From Lytechinus pictus (Eukaryota): DNA of 64,000 bases. The notes under the pieces are model-generated. The model saw only the letters and a list, made by a program, of their open reading frames with translations. It was not told the DNA's origin and made no database searches. The stretch is from positions 15,130,001-15,194,000 of the forward strand of contig NC_087245.1 of the NCBI RefSeq assembly GCF_037042905.1, written 5' to 3'. This document shows positions 51,510-64,000 of this stretch, in pieces (within the stretch, counting starts at the first letter, position 1; every line of letters begins with the position of its first letter). The translations under genes were made by a program, and so were the position numbers.

Positions 51510-51725
51510 GCTGACAAAGAGGCAAGGAGAGCGTCTGGTGCTGAACCCATCGTGGTTGACAAGGACAAAGACAGTCAGCTTGAACTGTCCTTTGAGTACT
51601 TGGTAGCAAAGAATAAACTGCAGTGGGTCACTATTAGTAGTCGGCAGGCCATTCTCATCAGTCTATGTCTCCAGAGCATGGTGGATGAACTGCTACTTCA
51701 GAAGAAAGGAGGACATCTTAAGAGG
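51510..51725 (+). CDS. SNX17: SNX17 exon 9
   Basis: cacag|; LELSFEYLVAKNKLQWVTISSRQAILISLCLQSMVDELL; |gtatgt. Confidence 0.94.
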
Positions 51726-52197
51726 GTATGTGAATGCTTGATAGAGTATGTAAATGATTGAGAGGGTATGTGTACTCAGAACCAAGCATGCATAACAAGC
51801 ATGCAGAGTTAGATATGTTGTAATATCTTATGGAAATACACAGTGCATCAAAAACAGACCTTGGTGAATGGCTATCCCTGAAATAACAACCTACTTTTGC
51901 CATTTTTTGGGCAGCAATTTTCAATCTGGTTTCATGAATTTTATGAAATAAAAGTTTGAATCATGATTATCATGACATGATTTACAGAATTTGCACGATT
52001 TTTTTTTCAGAGGTATTTAATGAATTTTTGTCAAAATATAGTAGTTCCATAATACTGCTGTGGTGTGACTAATGCACAGCATGTTTTTATTTGAGTGTAT
52101 ACACAAGTGCCACATGTAAGATCAAGGTAGTTTATCAATGGATGTGTACACGACTTTTTGCATGCTAATGATGGACTTCATTTTCAACTCTGTTCAG

Positions 52198-52303
52198 CCG
52201 CAAAGCAGAGTATACAGTCACATGTCCCATAAAGCAGTTCAAAATTTGCGATGGTCAAGTTATCAGACGTATCTTTATGTCTTCTCCCGTAGTCTTGCAA
52301 GAG
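52198..52303 (+). pseudogene. Diverged tandem duplicate of SNX17 exon 10 (pseudo-exon or alternative exon)
   Basis: Aligns to 52370-52468 with a 7-nt insertion; has its own ttcag| acceptor and GAG|gtaaca donor. Confidence 0.75.
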
Positions 52304-52369
52304 GTAACAATAGAAAGTTGGGTTATGACTTGAAATGTTTGTTTTCTGTCACACTCTTTCTCTCTCCAG

Positions 52370-52486
52370 CCACAAGACAGAGTAAAGGGTCCCACAAGGC
52401 AGTTCAAAGGACGAGATGGTCAGGTGATCACGTCTATCTCAACGTCAAGTCCTGTAGTCAGGCCTGAGATACCCAATGGTGCACCT
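52370..52486 (+). CDS. SNX17: SNX17 exon 10
   Basis: Polypyrimidine tract + ccag|; PQDRVKGPTRQFKGRDGQVITSISTSSPVVRPEIPNGAP; |gtaagt; 39 codons. Confidence 0.85.
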
Positions 52487-52533
52487 GTAAGTACATCAAT
52501 CATTAGTATAATCAAAATATCCAAAATAATATA

Positions 52534-52986
52534 CAAATAATGAACGTTTATGAGTTCAATGGACAGAATCTTCATGAGGTGAAATATTAAATGATCCATT
52601 CAACGAGGCGTAGGCATGTTGAATGGATCATTCATTCCATCTTTCACCGAATGAAGTATTCTGCCCATTGCACAAATGAAAAGAACATTCAGTATTTGCT
52701 GTATATGACACCTAAAAATAGGTCCTTGTCATCTGACTTAAAATAATTTTTCAATTAAAGTGCATGCAGTACGAATGATGTCTTTGTCTGTTAGTTGTCG
52801 CAGCCAACACGCGCACTGCACTGCAGTGTTTTTATGTGTAGTGCCGATGGTCTCAGCGCGCGTTCAATGGACAAAATCATATGGATCCAAAATTGCACGG
52901 ATGATGATGTCATTGTAAAATGGGCTGAATGATCAATATCAAACAACCAATCAAATGACAAGGATCTATCTTAATGTCATATAATA
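52534..52986. repeat. Interspersed repeat with strong internal hairpin (class uncertain)
   Basis: atgatccattcaac-gaggcgtaggcat-gttgaatggatcat stem at 52590-52631; boundaries approximate. Confidence 0.4.
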
Positions 52987-53136
52987 TGCAATCAAGAATA
53001 GAATCTAAAAACAATAACCCATTGATATGTAATGATTTTCATTTAAAACTGATGCCAAAATTATATTGGCTTTGTTGTTTGGCTAAATTTTTTTATATGA
53101 CTTATCGTCAATGGTCATCTGAACTGTCGTTCAACA

Positions 53137-54004
53137 GTAGGGGAAGGCGGGGTAAGTTGAGCATAGGGGCAAGTTGAGCCACCACCCCCAGGCCAATAAT
53201 GAATGAGTCAGACATTGTGGTGGTGTCATGTATTGATGACCCATTACATAACCCTTTACCCAACCATATTGTTTTCGACTTTGAAACAAAAAGTACTTTT
53301 TCAGACATAAAAATACAAATTTCAGCCAAAAAAGTAAAAAAGGATGTAAAATAGAGGAGTGCTTTTTACCCACACACGTTCTTTAAATATAATAAAGAAA
53401 TAAGAACAATATTGTTAGTCCAGGTATGGATCTTCATTCTTGTCTTAGTCTTTTAAATGATGGATGCATAATAAATGTGTTGATGTGAAAATATCGCATT
53501 AAGTTCGGACTGGGGTACTTTGAGCCAGCCAACATGGGGCAAGTTGAGCCATGGTAATTCTTATGGTAATAAGAATGAAAAATTAAAAAAAACTCAAAAA
53601 GCCATTGATATGCAGGCAGAAAGGTGTAAATTCACATGACAGTTCTTTTCCTTTTAGAGGATGTTAGTATTTATAGAGAATTAGCAAGTGAAAAGACTTG
53701 AAATGAAAAATTGACATGCTGCTTCTTCCCGCAAACATTTTGTACATAGTTTTTTTTGGCTCAACTTACCCCAGAAGGTGGCACAACTTACCCCATATAT
53801 GGGGCAAGTTGAGCCATTTGACATCGATTTTTTCAAAGGTCACAATGAATTTCAGTGTGGGGGTAGAAAGTTATATATAGGTGAAAAATATTTCCCAAGA
53901 ATCAAATTTAAAGGTAGGGTACTTATTTCTACAATACTATTAGTCACATCAATTCTAACATGCAAAATGCAAAAAGTGTCACAACTTACCCCGCCTTCCC
54001 CTAC
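53137..54004. mobile_element. MITE with 23-bp perfect TIR and internal ggggcaagttgagcca repeats
   Basis: gtaggggaaggcggggtaagttg / caacttaccccgccttcccctac. Confidence 0.8.
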
Positions 54005-54594
54005 ACATAAGACAGTGCAAACCCATTTCAGAGAAAATCAACTTCAAAGTTTCTTGTAATTCCCACGCTTTGTTCCCCAGCCTTACAACATTTTCATTGC
54101 CAGTAAAATAATGGTTGGAAAGACCAAGACAATCGCTTGACATTGGTATCTTTATTTTTACACAAAACCAAGAATCAGAGAAAATATCGAAAAAGAGCTA
54201 CATGCTTGTAATTTTGGTTTGAGCGGCTTAGATTTTCCCTGTACAAAAATGCCATCGGGGAGACAGCAACCCTGACCGCGATTTCAATATCCACGATCAA
54301 GCAAAACATTGTATCGCTCTTTCACATGCAAAGTCAATGCAGTGCAGAAGAGATGGTATGGCTGACCGCCCATTTGCATATATTCAGTGCGCGCAACTGT
54401 TGTTTGCTTTGCTACAGGTACACGTTTCCAATGGGATTTACGCATCTTATCAAAAATTTGTATGCCATCCCTATGAACATCACCACATATCTCAGGAACT
54501 AGAATAAATTGCTGCCTAGAAATTTAATTAGCACAATACAAATCAGTTTGTGGTTATGCATGTTTATCAAGAGTCGGTTGTTTATTGCACACAG

Positions 54595-54654
54595 AGCCCT
54601 ACAGAAGAAAACAAGACAGCATCAAAGGCAATTGACTCTGTAAAAAAGATATCG
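54595..54654 (+). CDS. SNX17: SNX17 exon 11
   Basis: cacag|; SPTEENKTASKAIDSVKKIS; |gtgagt; phase 0. Confidence 0.75.
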
Positions 54655-55197
54655 GTGAGTAACCACTTACGACAATGAGAATGGGGGGGGGGGGTAGACT
54701 GTTGATTGAGTTAATCATGTTTTAAGCAATACCCCTGGTATTAGTGCATGAATAGCACTGATTTATTCCTGGCTACACTCCTTAGACAATAGTATATTGT
54801 CAATAGTGAAGTGAAGTAGTGGATGATGTATTTGTTTTATTTTTCACATCAGTCTTGTTAACATGCAACTTGCAGTTGTTCTTACAGTAACATCAGCATT
54901 TATTGTGTTGTGACACATCTAAAATAATTCAAAGTATTAAAAGAAAATGGTCTCATTATTCTATTTAACCCATTTTCTGTATTTGACTGTATAATTTGTT
55001 AATTAATCATAAAGTATTATTCCTGCTATGGCATGGGTGAATTACTGGCTGTCTAATTGTGCAAATAGGACAATTAAATGGTAACAATACTTAACAAATT
55101 TACTCTGCACAAATCTGGTTAGGGCCCTGGACGCACAAATATTGTACAATCATGATTCCCTATTCATATTGTGGATTTGATTTCATTTCTCTTCTAG

Positions 55198-55290
55198 GAG
55201 AAAATTCAGAGTGCTAGTGGAAAGACGCAAGGTGCATCAGCTGTGGTGGAGAATGAAATCTTTGAAGGCATTGGTGAAGAGGACCTTTGA
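55198..55290 (+). CDS. SNX17: SNX17 last exon with Retriever-binding C-terminus
   Basis: tctag|; ...ENEIFEGIGEEDL-stop, matching the SNX17 C-terminus FEGIGDEDL. Confidence 0.95.
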   Translation, partial: EKIQSASGKTQGASAVVENEIFEGIGEEDL

Positions 55291-57903
55291 ACTTTGGGGT
55301 GAACTCTTCATTTTCTTGCATACGTTTTGATATATAGTATCATGTATTTCATAATGTAATTATCAAAACACACTGTGATATTCTGATTATGAGAGAAGAT
55401 TTTCGCGGGAATCAATCAGTGTAATAAATCTAAGAATGTTGTAAAAAAAAATACCAGACTTATGTTTATAAATGAGATAACCAAAATTTTCTTTGAACTT
55501 TGTAAATATGTACATGAACATATATAAATGCAAACAATGTACAATCACGGGAAAACTGAGCTCGGGGGTGTTTCATCAACATTTTTGTCCGACAAGTTGG
55601 CAGATCTGACAACTTTCCTTGATTTTGATTGGCTGAGAAGCACTATTACTATGGTAATTGTCGGATAGGATGGGCCTTGTCAGATAAAACGTCCGACTTT
55701 CTTTTCATTAAACGCTCCTCAGATATTACTTTGAAAATTAGTGCTCCATTTTATTGCTACATCAGAAAGTGATTGTAAAAATTGTTAAAGGAGTTTGAGC
55801 TCATAGTTTATATTCTGCTTTTAAGATGAAAGAGAAAGAATGTGATATTACTGAGAATTCAGAGAATTCTTTAAATTATTATAAAAAAAGAGAATTACAG
55901 AATTGGCTACAAAGTACATGTAATTTTACATTAGGCAAATAATCTTATTTATATTATATAGAGAATGTACAGTAATGCAAAATTAGATATTTTTGATTAT
56001 CTTTTCCTGATTTTGTCAATTTTTTATCTTATATCTTTCATAAATCATTTCATTTGTGTTTTCTTTCATGTAATATATCTACTTGTGTGAGTCTCTGTCA
56101 TTTTATGCACATGTATCATTTTAAACAGTAATGGAGGCTTAAAAAATATGATTTTAAAGATGAAAGTTTCAAATTACTTGCATTTTGTAATTATCCTGTT
56201 GAAAAGTGATTTTTTTTTTTTGTCTCTGTAAGTACTTTTATTGATTTCAGTACCCTTCAAATCGTTTGCACTGGAGGCAATATCATGAAGATTTTTCCTT
56301 CTGTTTACGATATTGATTTGTTGCTATACCTTGGCGCCAAATTCTATAGAATTTAGGTTGATTGGATCAATCTCAACTTGATAGAACAAATAACAACTTA
56401 TCATAGAACCTTATGTTTGTAGAGATGATTTTTTTTCTTCTCAAAATGCAAACTTTTTTGTTCAGGGACCGATCATAGTATGATATCGTAGACATGGATG
56501 TGGTGATCCGTAGTCGTGTATCGCCTGTAGATAATCACACTGTTAAGAGATGTTGGAACAATTTTAGCTCCACCCTTTTGTGAAATATGGCTTGCTTTGT
56601 GTGGTTTATGCCAAATGACTATTATGGTAGAGCCATAAAAATAAGATAAAATACTAATGCAGAACACAGAAAGAGCAGCAAAAGAAGCTACATTTCAAGT
56701 AATCTTTCTAATTGTTTCAGATTTTTCTGTTTAATTCTGACATTTTTTTCAGGGAAAAATTGGAACATAGGAAGTGATAGCTCGTAACATATGATACGTC
56801 TACTCTGTCCTACAGTAATGGTTTGTTAATAAAGGTGCTTGTGCTTGTGATTTAAAAAAAATGTTTTTAATAATGCAGCAAAGAATCACCCTGACTTTAG
56901 CAGTACAGCTGCTTTGCACCCTGCATTTTCATTTACAATTTGTTATCTTGTCATTTCATCTAATTTTTAATGTTTTTTTTTTTCTTTAAGATTAAGCTAT
57001 GGAGGTTTGAGAAATTCCAAACCAATGTAAGGCTTGAGTATTTTCAACTTTTTATTGCTTTTTATATGATCTTCATGTTTGTATTTGAAATGAATTCTAA
57101 TTGTATCTCACTGCGGGCCAGTATTTATGTAATACTAATATTCTAAATTGTGTATTAAACAACTCTCTGGACTACTCTCAATATGTAAACCCGTTTACAT
57201 ATCTTTGGTCATCAAGTTAGGTTGGAAAATAATTTTGTACCATAGTCTACATGTTCTTGTGCTGTAAGATCAGTAACTGTTACGCTCTGCCAGTGCCATT
57301 TTATTATACTGTCACATTTTTTATGGTTAGGTTAAGAACTTCATCTGCCTATAAAAATTCAAATGTGAGACCTGCCAATGAAGAAACAAAAGAAATAAAA
57401 ATAATGTGCCTCGAAAAAAATTATATTATATAGCATATTTCTTACTCATTTAGATGAATGGAAATGAAAATATTTTGCATAAATAAAGCTTTGAATATTA
57501 TATATATATTTATATGATATATTTTCAGCACCAAGTATCATGTATATTATTTGCCTATAAGCAAGAAGTGTGCACCTGCTATGTACCATGTAAGTAACAC
57601 AAAATGGATCCAAAATAAGACAGATATGTAGCTGTAATGTATTAGAAACTAACCATAAAACTTGTTTGTGTATTGCTTATTTAATATTTAAAGGTAATGT
57701 AAATCCCAAAGGTTGGTTGGGGTACAAATAAATTTGCACTTAATACCGCAACACAGCCAACAGTCTAAATTTCCCAGCATTAATCGCAATACTCCGGGCA
57801 ACATGTCTTCTGGTTCAGCTTTCAAGGAATAGCCTTTGAACAGAAAATTGCCAACATAGGAATTCCAGTCAAATAGCCATTCCCCACGAATAGGTAACTT
57901 GTA

Positions 57904-58089
57904 CAGGGGGCCGTTTCATAAAGCTGTTCGTAAGTTAAGAACGACTTTAGTACGACTGGTGATCCTTTCTTATGCACTAAACCATTGCCAATGAACATTT
58001 TGGTATATACCATTTACCACAAGAAATGATCACCAGTCTTTCTTAAAGTCGCTCTTAACTTACGAATAGCTTTATGAAACACCCACCAG
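57904..58089. mobile_element. Short MITE family (gtttcataaagct...agctttatgaaac)
   Basis: Inverted ends; related copies at ~567-740, ~6015-6191 and ~11613-11921. Confidence 0.7.
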
Positions 58090-61000
58090 GTAACTCACCC
58101 TATTTCATATATGTCAAAGGCAAGATGAGATTTGTATACATTGCTTGTTACCGATAAATTAGACATAGTATTAAGTCTCTAGATATTTTATAGGACGTTT
58201 ATACATTGTTGAATGAACAGGTATTTAGTTACGGTATGTTCCTTTGATGCTTTCCAGATACTTATGAAAATTATCTCAAACAAAGACACATTCTTTGTTT
58301 ATGTACAATTGGAGATTGATATTGGCATCAGAATGAGAAAGGTTTTCAACAGATTTACACTTTGGAAAATGCTCATTATGCCCCTTCAATAGGTCAATTG
58401 TAAACCTTTTCCAATTACCACAGAACAAGTACCATACCGATTCTAAAAACAGCAATTGTACCACATAGGCATGATAATGTTTTGTGTGCTTCCAATATTC
58501 TTGTAACATACTTTGGTCACAGATTCCAATGGATTATACACACATGAAGAGACATGTAGAGACCAGTAAAAAAAGAAAGAATGTTTTGCAGCTACCATAT
58601 GATATTATTATAATATGTCCATGTATATACATGTGATAAGACAAGAACATTTCAGTATTCTATATTGTATTAATCGATTGTAGATATGTTCATGTATAGT
58701 GATTGTATTTAGACCACAGTTGAATGGTGTTAGAATATATCCATGTAGATACATCATGTAGTATGGGTTGGTTCAAGTCAGGGTGGAATTTTTATATGTA
58801 TGTTAGATCAATATATATGCCTAAAATTGCCAATCAGTTTTTTTTTTAATGAGTCAAGAGAGATACTGATAAAGATAGTTTTCATATTTTTTATTTAGTT
58901 TTAATCACTTTTGCTTGTCATGTTTCGGATGACTATTTCTCTATGAAAGTGATTACAAAGAATGCCACTGTTCAGACAACAGTAGGAATTTCTTCTTTAT
59001 TAACATATTTAATGGCCACAGAAAGTATATTCATCATCTGTAAAGCCAATGTCCATTGAGAAGTTTGTAGCTTTACACTGATTCTAAAAAGCAACATCTG
59101 GCATATTATGTAATTATTATTTTTTTTATATAGATGAGATGTTTTATTGATATTTTATGCATTGCATTGTGCATATATGTTTTGGACCTTTTTTCCCCCA
59201 AGGGAAACCAAATTTGCATGATTTTTATGTTCAGCGTCCGATGTATCCCTTTGACAATGATAATGGGAAATCATTGATCATTGAGAGAATATGTATTTTG
59301 TCAGAATCTTGTCTTCATATGCAGCGTTTTCTAATGAAAAGGTTATCCCAGTGGTTTGAAAATCGGAATAGGGTTGTTTTGCATGAATTAAAAAAAGACA
59401 CTGTATAAAAGGAAGAGCCCATCGATCAATGTTTGATTTTTAAATGAACTTTTCACCCCTTGGTCTTCCAATAGTCAGCATCAATTTACAGGGTAAAAGT
59501 GATTGTTGTTAAAATTTTGAGCAGATTTTGTACTTCTGGAGAGATTTTGTCTAGATGAAGCGAAATGAAAATTCCCTCCTCAGATTACCTTTATTGATCT
59601 TGATATATCTCTGATTGCAAGTATGTCAATATCCACAAAAAATGATATTCAGATACAGAAGCTTTTCTCTGTAAATTTCTTGAATTACAATCTTTTGGGA
59701 AAATTGTTTGATTTTGTATTTATCTGTACTTGATACAGGTTATGTCATTCCATTTCATCATTCTCAGTTAAATTGTTTGCATGGATTTTTCAAATGTTAA
59801 TACGAGGTTTAGTGTGTGGATTATAATCTTGGTACTCTCAGATACTTAGTTTTTTTTTCTTATTTGGAAACAGAAAAGGGATAAAAAGGAAAAATAGAAT
59901 AATAGCCAAAACTGATTCTGATGTAGTATTTTGAACATCAAAACGGTCATTTATCAACATTTCGGATTACGAATAGAATACGTATACAAAATCAAACATT
60001 TATGCATTTGTGAAAAACAAATTCTTTTTTTGTCTTGGTTACAATTTTTGAAAAGTTTTCATTTTTTTCTGCATTATGGAAATATAGCAACATTTTGAAC
60101 TTTTGTTTATTGTGTGTAAAAATTTAGTACTTATTTGTAATAGTTTTTAGTTTTCGCTTTGAAAAAAAAAAGGAAATTTAACACCTGATTTCCATACCAA
60201 TGTATTGAAACTAAGAGGCATAGTTAGCTTAGAGCAATGCTGCATTTTTCAGAGCCATAATTTAGGCGGATGATATGCAAATTAATTACTGGTAACATTG
60301 CCGACCATAATTGCTCTCAGCTTGCTCTGCCTCTAGCACAAGAAACTGCTGTAGTGGTCAGTTTCAAATATCTGTTTTTCTAATGCAAAAGTAGAAAACA
60401 AAACGAAAGAAATAAAATTGTGTGTTTTATCAAAGCAAAAATTGAAAATTAATTGCAGATTTTTATTTTCTAAGTTTTTTACAACAAAATCAAACAAAAG
60501 AAGTCTATAAATTTATATTTCCATTATGCAGGAAAAAAAATATTTTCTTTTTAAAGAAAACAATCAACCATACAAAATAAAGTTTGTTTCATCTGTTGAA
60601 AATCAGAAAATGAGAATCAGTTTTTGGCTCGATATTTCGTTTTTGCTTCTCTGTTTCCCAATCAGAAAAATAGAAATTATCTGAAAGTACCTTGATTGAT
60701 TATGTATATGCTAGAGTAGGCATACATGTATATTTGATTCATTACACGTGTAGCTTCTCGCTGTTTAGCCTCCTCCCCTTTTCCACACACCTATACCTCT
60801 GTCATTAACTCACCCTCCTCTTCCCCTCTCTCCTCTCTTTTTCCTCCCATACTTTCCTTTATCCCACATCTTTCTATCCCTTTGCCACTCCATCTAACCT
60901 CCATTTCTATATTTCATTCCTACATCACACACCCTGTTTCTCTCTCCCCCTCTCTCTCTCTCTCCCTCTCTTTTGTTCCTCTTTTATTTTCTCCCCACCC

Positions 61001-63892
61001 TCCACTCTATATTTTTTCTGAATTAATGAATATTCACAACTTCCATGATTCTTAGTGATGTTTTGCATGCCCCCAAAAGATTCAATTATTTTGATAATAC
61101 TTAAATGCAAGATCTTGAACAGTAACACCAGTTGTAATCATAGTTATGTGGATTGCACAGTGTGCCCCATTGCTCCTAAAGTGAGGCTTTTAATGTTTTA
61201 TTTTTTGTATCAATTATTTTATTTTTCACTCTATTCTGATAGACTGCTCAGTTCTAATATTTCAGTAAGTTTTATATTTGTATATTCACTTTAAATGTGA
61301 TTCATTGTTGTGAGCGTAAATGTAATTAGTAGAATTTTTTTATCCATCTCTTATAGTGATAATGCAATCATTATATCTGTATATCATGTCAAATCACAAG
61401 ATGTACCAAATTATATTATGCACAGATGATAAATTGAAATAAATTGACTATTTTATAGAATCAAGATGACTAGAATTCTCTTTGTTGACCGATTGAAATA
61501 TTTTAGTATTTTGAAAGTTACAGAATCTCTTTGTTGTTCAGTTTTCACTTGAATAAATATTATTTTGAGATTGTGATATAATATGTTTCTAACTTGAATA
61601 ATTAATCAGCCATATGGAAAGAAGGAAATGATGATTATTACAATGAAACATAATTGAGAATTTCAACAGAGAAAAAAAGAACGTTTTGTTATTCAAAATG
61701 CCCGTCTATCCCTGTTAAACGACTTTATAAATGAATGTAGCTCAATATTTTTATGTTTATCTTTTTGGATGTAGTAGGGATGGTAGTATAAAAAGGTTAT
61801 CGAGATCAATTAGAAAAAAAAGAAAGAGAGACAGAGGGGGGAGAGGGAGGGAGGCACCAAGTCCGACACTCACTATTGAGCTTTTATTACTTGATTTGAT
61901 TTGATTTATTTTCACATTCCAAAAAAAAAGTATATAGGCTACATATAATCATTTTTTCTCCACATAACAATAAGCAACTGACATAATGAATAACATATTC
62001 ATACATACATTCTCACAATCTAATTGAAATATATTTATACCTGAAAATATTATTTTTTTAAATTATTAAAACAAATAGCAGAAACATATATAAATATATA
62101 TCATATAAATCATTTTGAAATGTGGGAGACCCCCATCTTAAGCTTAGAGCTAGAAATTGATAAAGGCCTCGAAAGGAAAGGGGAAAGAAAACCAGGCAAA
62201 CAGTGCAATACTTGTAGCAATATCTACTATTGAAAATAGATATTGCATCAGAGCTCATTCCTGATTGGTTATTTGAACAGATGAAATGGTCGATCGAATA
62301 GTTCCATTCTCTCCTAAAATTGCACGTGGGCGCTGCATGATTTTGCCAGAGGATACGAAATAAAGTTGTTAGATATCTTGCATTTGCTAAATGCCCTCTA
62401 CGTCAATATACCGATCAAGCTATTGACTGTAAATTACCCCCCCCCCCCCCCATAGATAAAGATGAAGTGGACTGCTCTCCTTTTATGATAAAAAGGAGGA
62501 GAACGTCAAATTTAGATGAATAAATGAGTGCTTATGCATTTTCACCCTGACCTATTTGCCCAGATAGAAGAGTTCTATCAATTAAGGGGACTGCGCCGGG
62601 TAAAAGGAACACCCCTCCCCATAAAAACAGAAGAAAGGGGGGATTTCTTCTTTTAAGAATGGCGCTCCGTATCTTACTTTCTTGAGGAAGACGATGCAAT
62701 GCGCGGTGCTCTGACAGATCAATCAAGATATATTTGGTTCACCAAAATTATCGAGGATGAATTTCTATAAACTGCGATTCGAGAACCTCACTAGAAACAT
62801 TTTTTTTTAATCTGTCAGGAGCACTTTGACAGACTGCATAATACTGTTGTTAACCCGAGATAAACCACTCTTTTCACCAAATCACTTAACATAATGTCTT
62901 CATCACAGGAAGGAAAGTCAGGCAATCATTCAAAAAATATAACTAGTGGAACGGATAGAATCTAGAAAAGAAAAATAAACTTGGAGTCTTATTTACTATT
63001 TTATTCTTCCTCAAATGTCAACCACGCACCCCATCTGATTTGAGCAAATTTGCCTTTCAAACCCACCAGACTAACCAAATGTCAAAAACAAGTAGTCTAG
63101 TGCGTGGTAGATACTCAAAGTAAAGTGGGACCTTATACCAATCATTGTACCATGTAAAGCATGTTAACCCCTAATAACCAGTATATAGGTTTCTATTATG
63201 TTTACTTGGGCATACTCTCCATTTTTGTGGTAGTTGATGGGAAATAAAAGAAATGCATTGCACCACTGTCAGAAGCTGGTCGCCACTGGTGTCAGTACAT
63301 GACAGTATTTTCCATCAAGAAATTGCTTGATTAGAATATCACTTATATTTGCTCTAGCAGTAGGTTACGATAACAACTTTAAAGTTTTTAAAGATCTTCG
63401 CTACAGCCATGTTCCTCCTAACAAATATTACGGTTACAATATTTGTTACCACAATCTCAATACCATCACCATTAACCGGCAATATGTAACGCCTCTCTCA
63501 AACTGCGTTGTCTTAGTAATAACGACGAGACAAGTTGGGTCACCTCACTGTCTTTATTTTATTAAAAAAAAATATTTACAGATTATTGTAAGTGTATTGT
63601 ATTGTCTTTTTTTTTGTTTATAATCGGAAAAGGGAATTTTTTTAATAAACAAAACTGGAAACAACTCACTGTTGTGGCGTTTCTCCAATCATGGATTTTT
63701 CTGGTGAGTGACAAATCCGTTAAAGGAAAACACCTTTGTCTGAGATTGTGCAGATTCTTTGGTGAAACGTCGCAAAACACGATTGTTAATTTCAATTTGT
63801 TTTATTGAAAATATCTTTTTGTGTTAAACAAGGGTAGATGGATGGGAAGAGTTTATTTTTTGGCTATCAACAATTAAAAAAACACAACAAAC

Positions 63893-64000
63893 CTCACCAA
63901 CACCACCACCATCACCATTATCATCAACACCAGTATCATCACCATCACTATTAACATTATATCACTATCACCGTTTCTTCATAGACGACCATCATCACTG
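63893..64000. repeat. Degenerate (CAC/CAT)n microsatellite
   Basis: caccaccaccatcaccattatcatc... runs to the window end. Confidence 0.7.

Noticed and set aside
62532..62726. Possible minus-strand exon (donor-like aaa|gtaaga near 62680)
   Set aside because: No recognisable protein similarity and no partner exons found.

Overview
This is AT-rich, intron-containing animal genomic DNA. The repeat repertoire suggests a marine invertebrate, possibly a sea urchin (inference only). It holds two + strand spliced genes. (1) The 3' half of SETD2 (H3K36 methyltransferase): 9 exons at 336-12345 covering post-SET, the helical post-catalytic region, long low-complexity tracts, WW and SRI domains. (2) A complete SNX17 (sorting nexin 17): 12 coding exons at 28180-55290, about 488 aa, PX + FERM, ending in ...FEGIGEEDL. 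All exon junctions were read by hand; they are GT-AG and frame-consistent. Introns and the intergenic region are packed with non-autonomous DNA transposons (Helentron/DINE-like, Kolobok-, piggyBac-, Tc1/mariner-, hAT-, P-, Academ-, Sola-, MULE- and Harbinger-like, judged from termini and TSDs), many of them nested, plus LINE and SINE fragments. No CRISPR array, rRNA, intact tRNA or autonomous transposase was found. Most notable: a diverged tandem duplicate of SNX17 exon 10 whose frameshift is exactly compensated by a duplicated upstream splice donor; AGGTCA DR1/DR4 arrays carried by two Helentron-like families; and a 34-bp palindromic micro-transposon with a 7-bp TSD.
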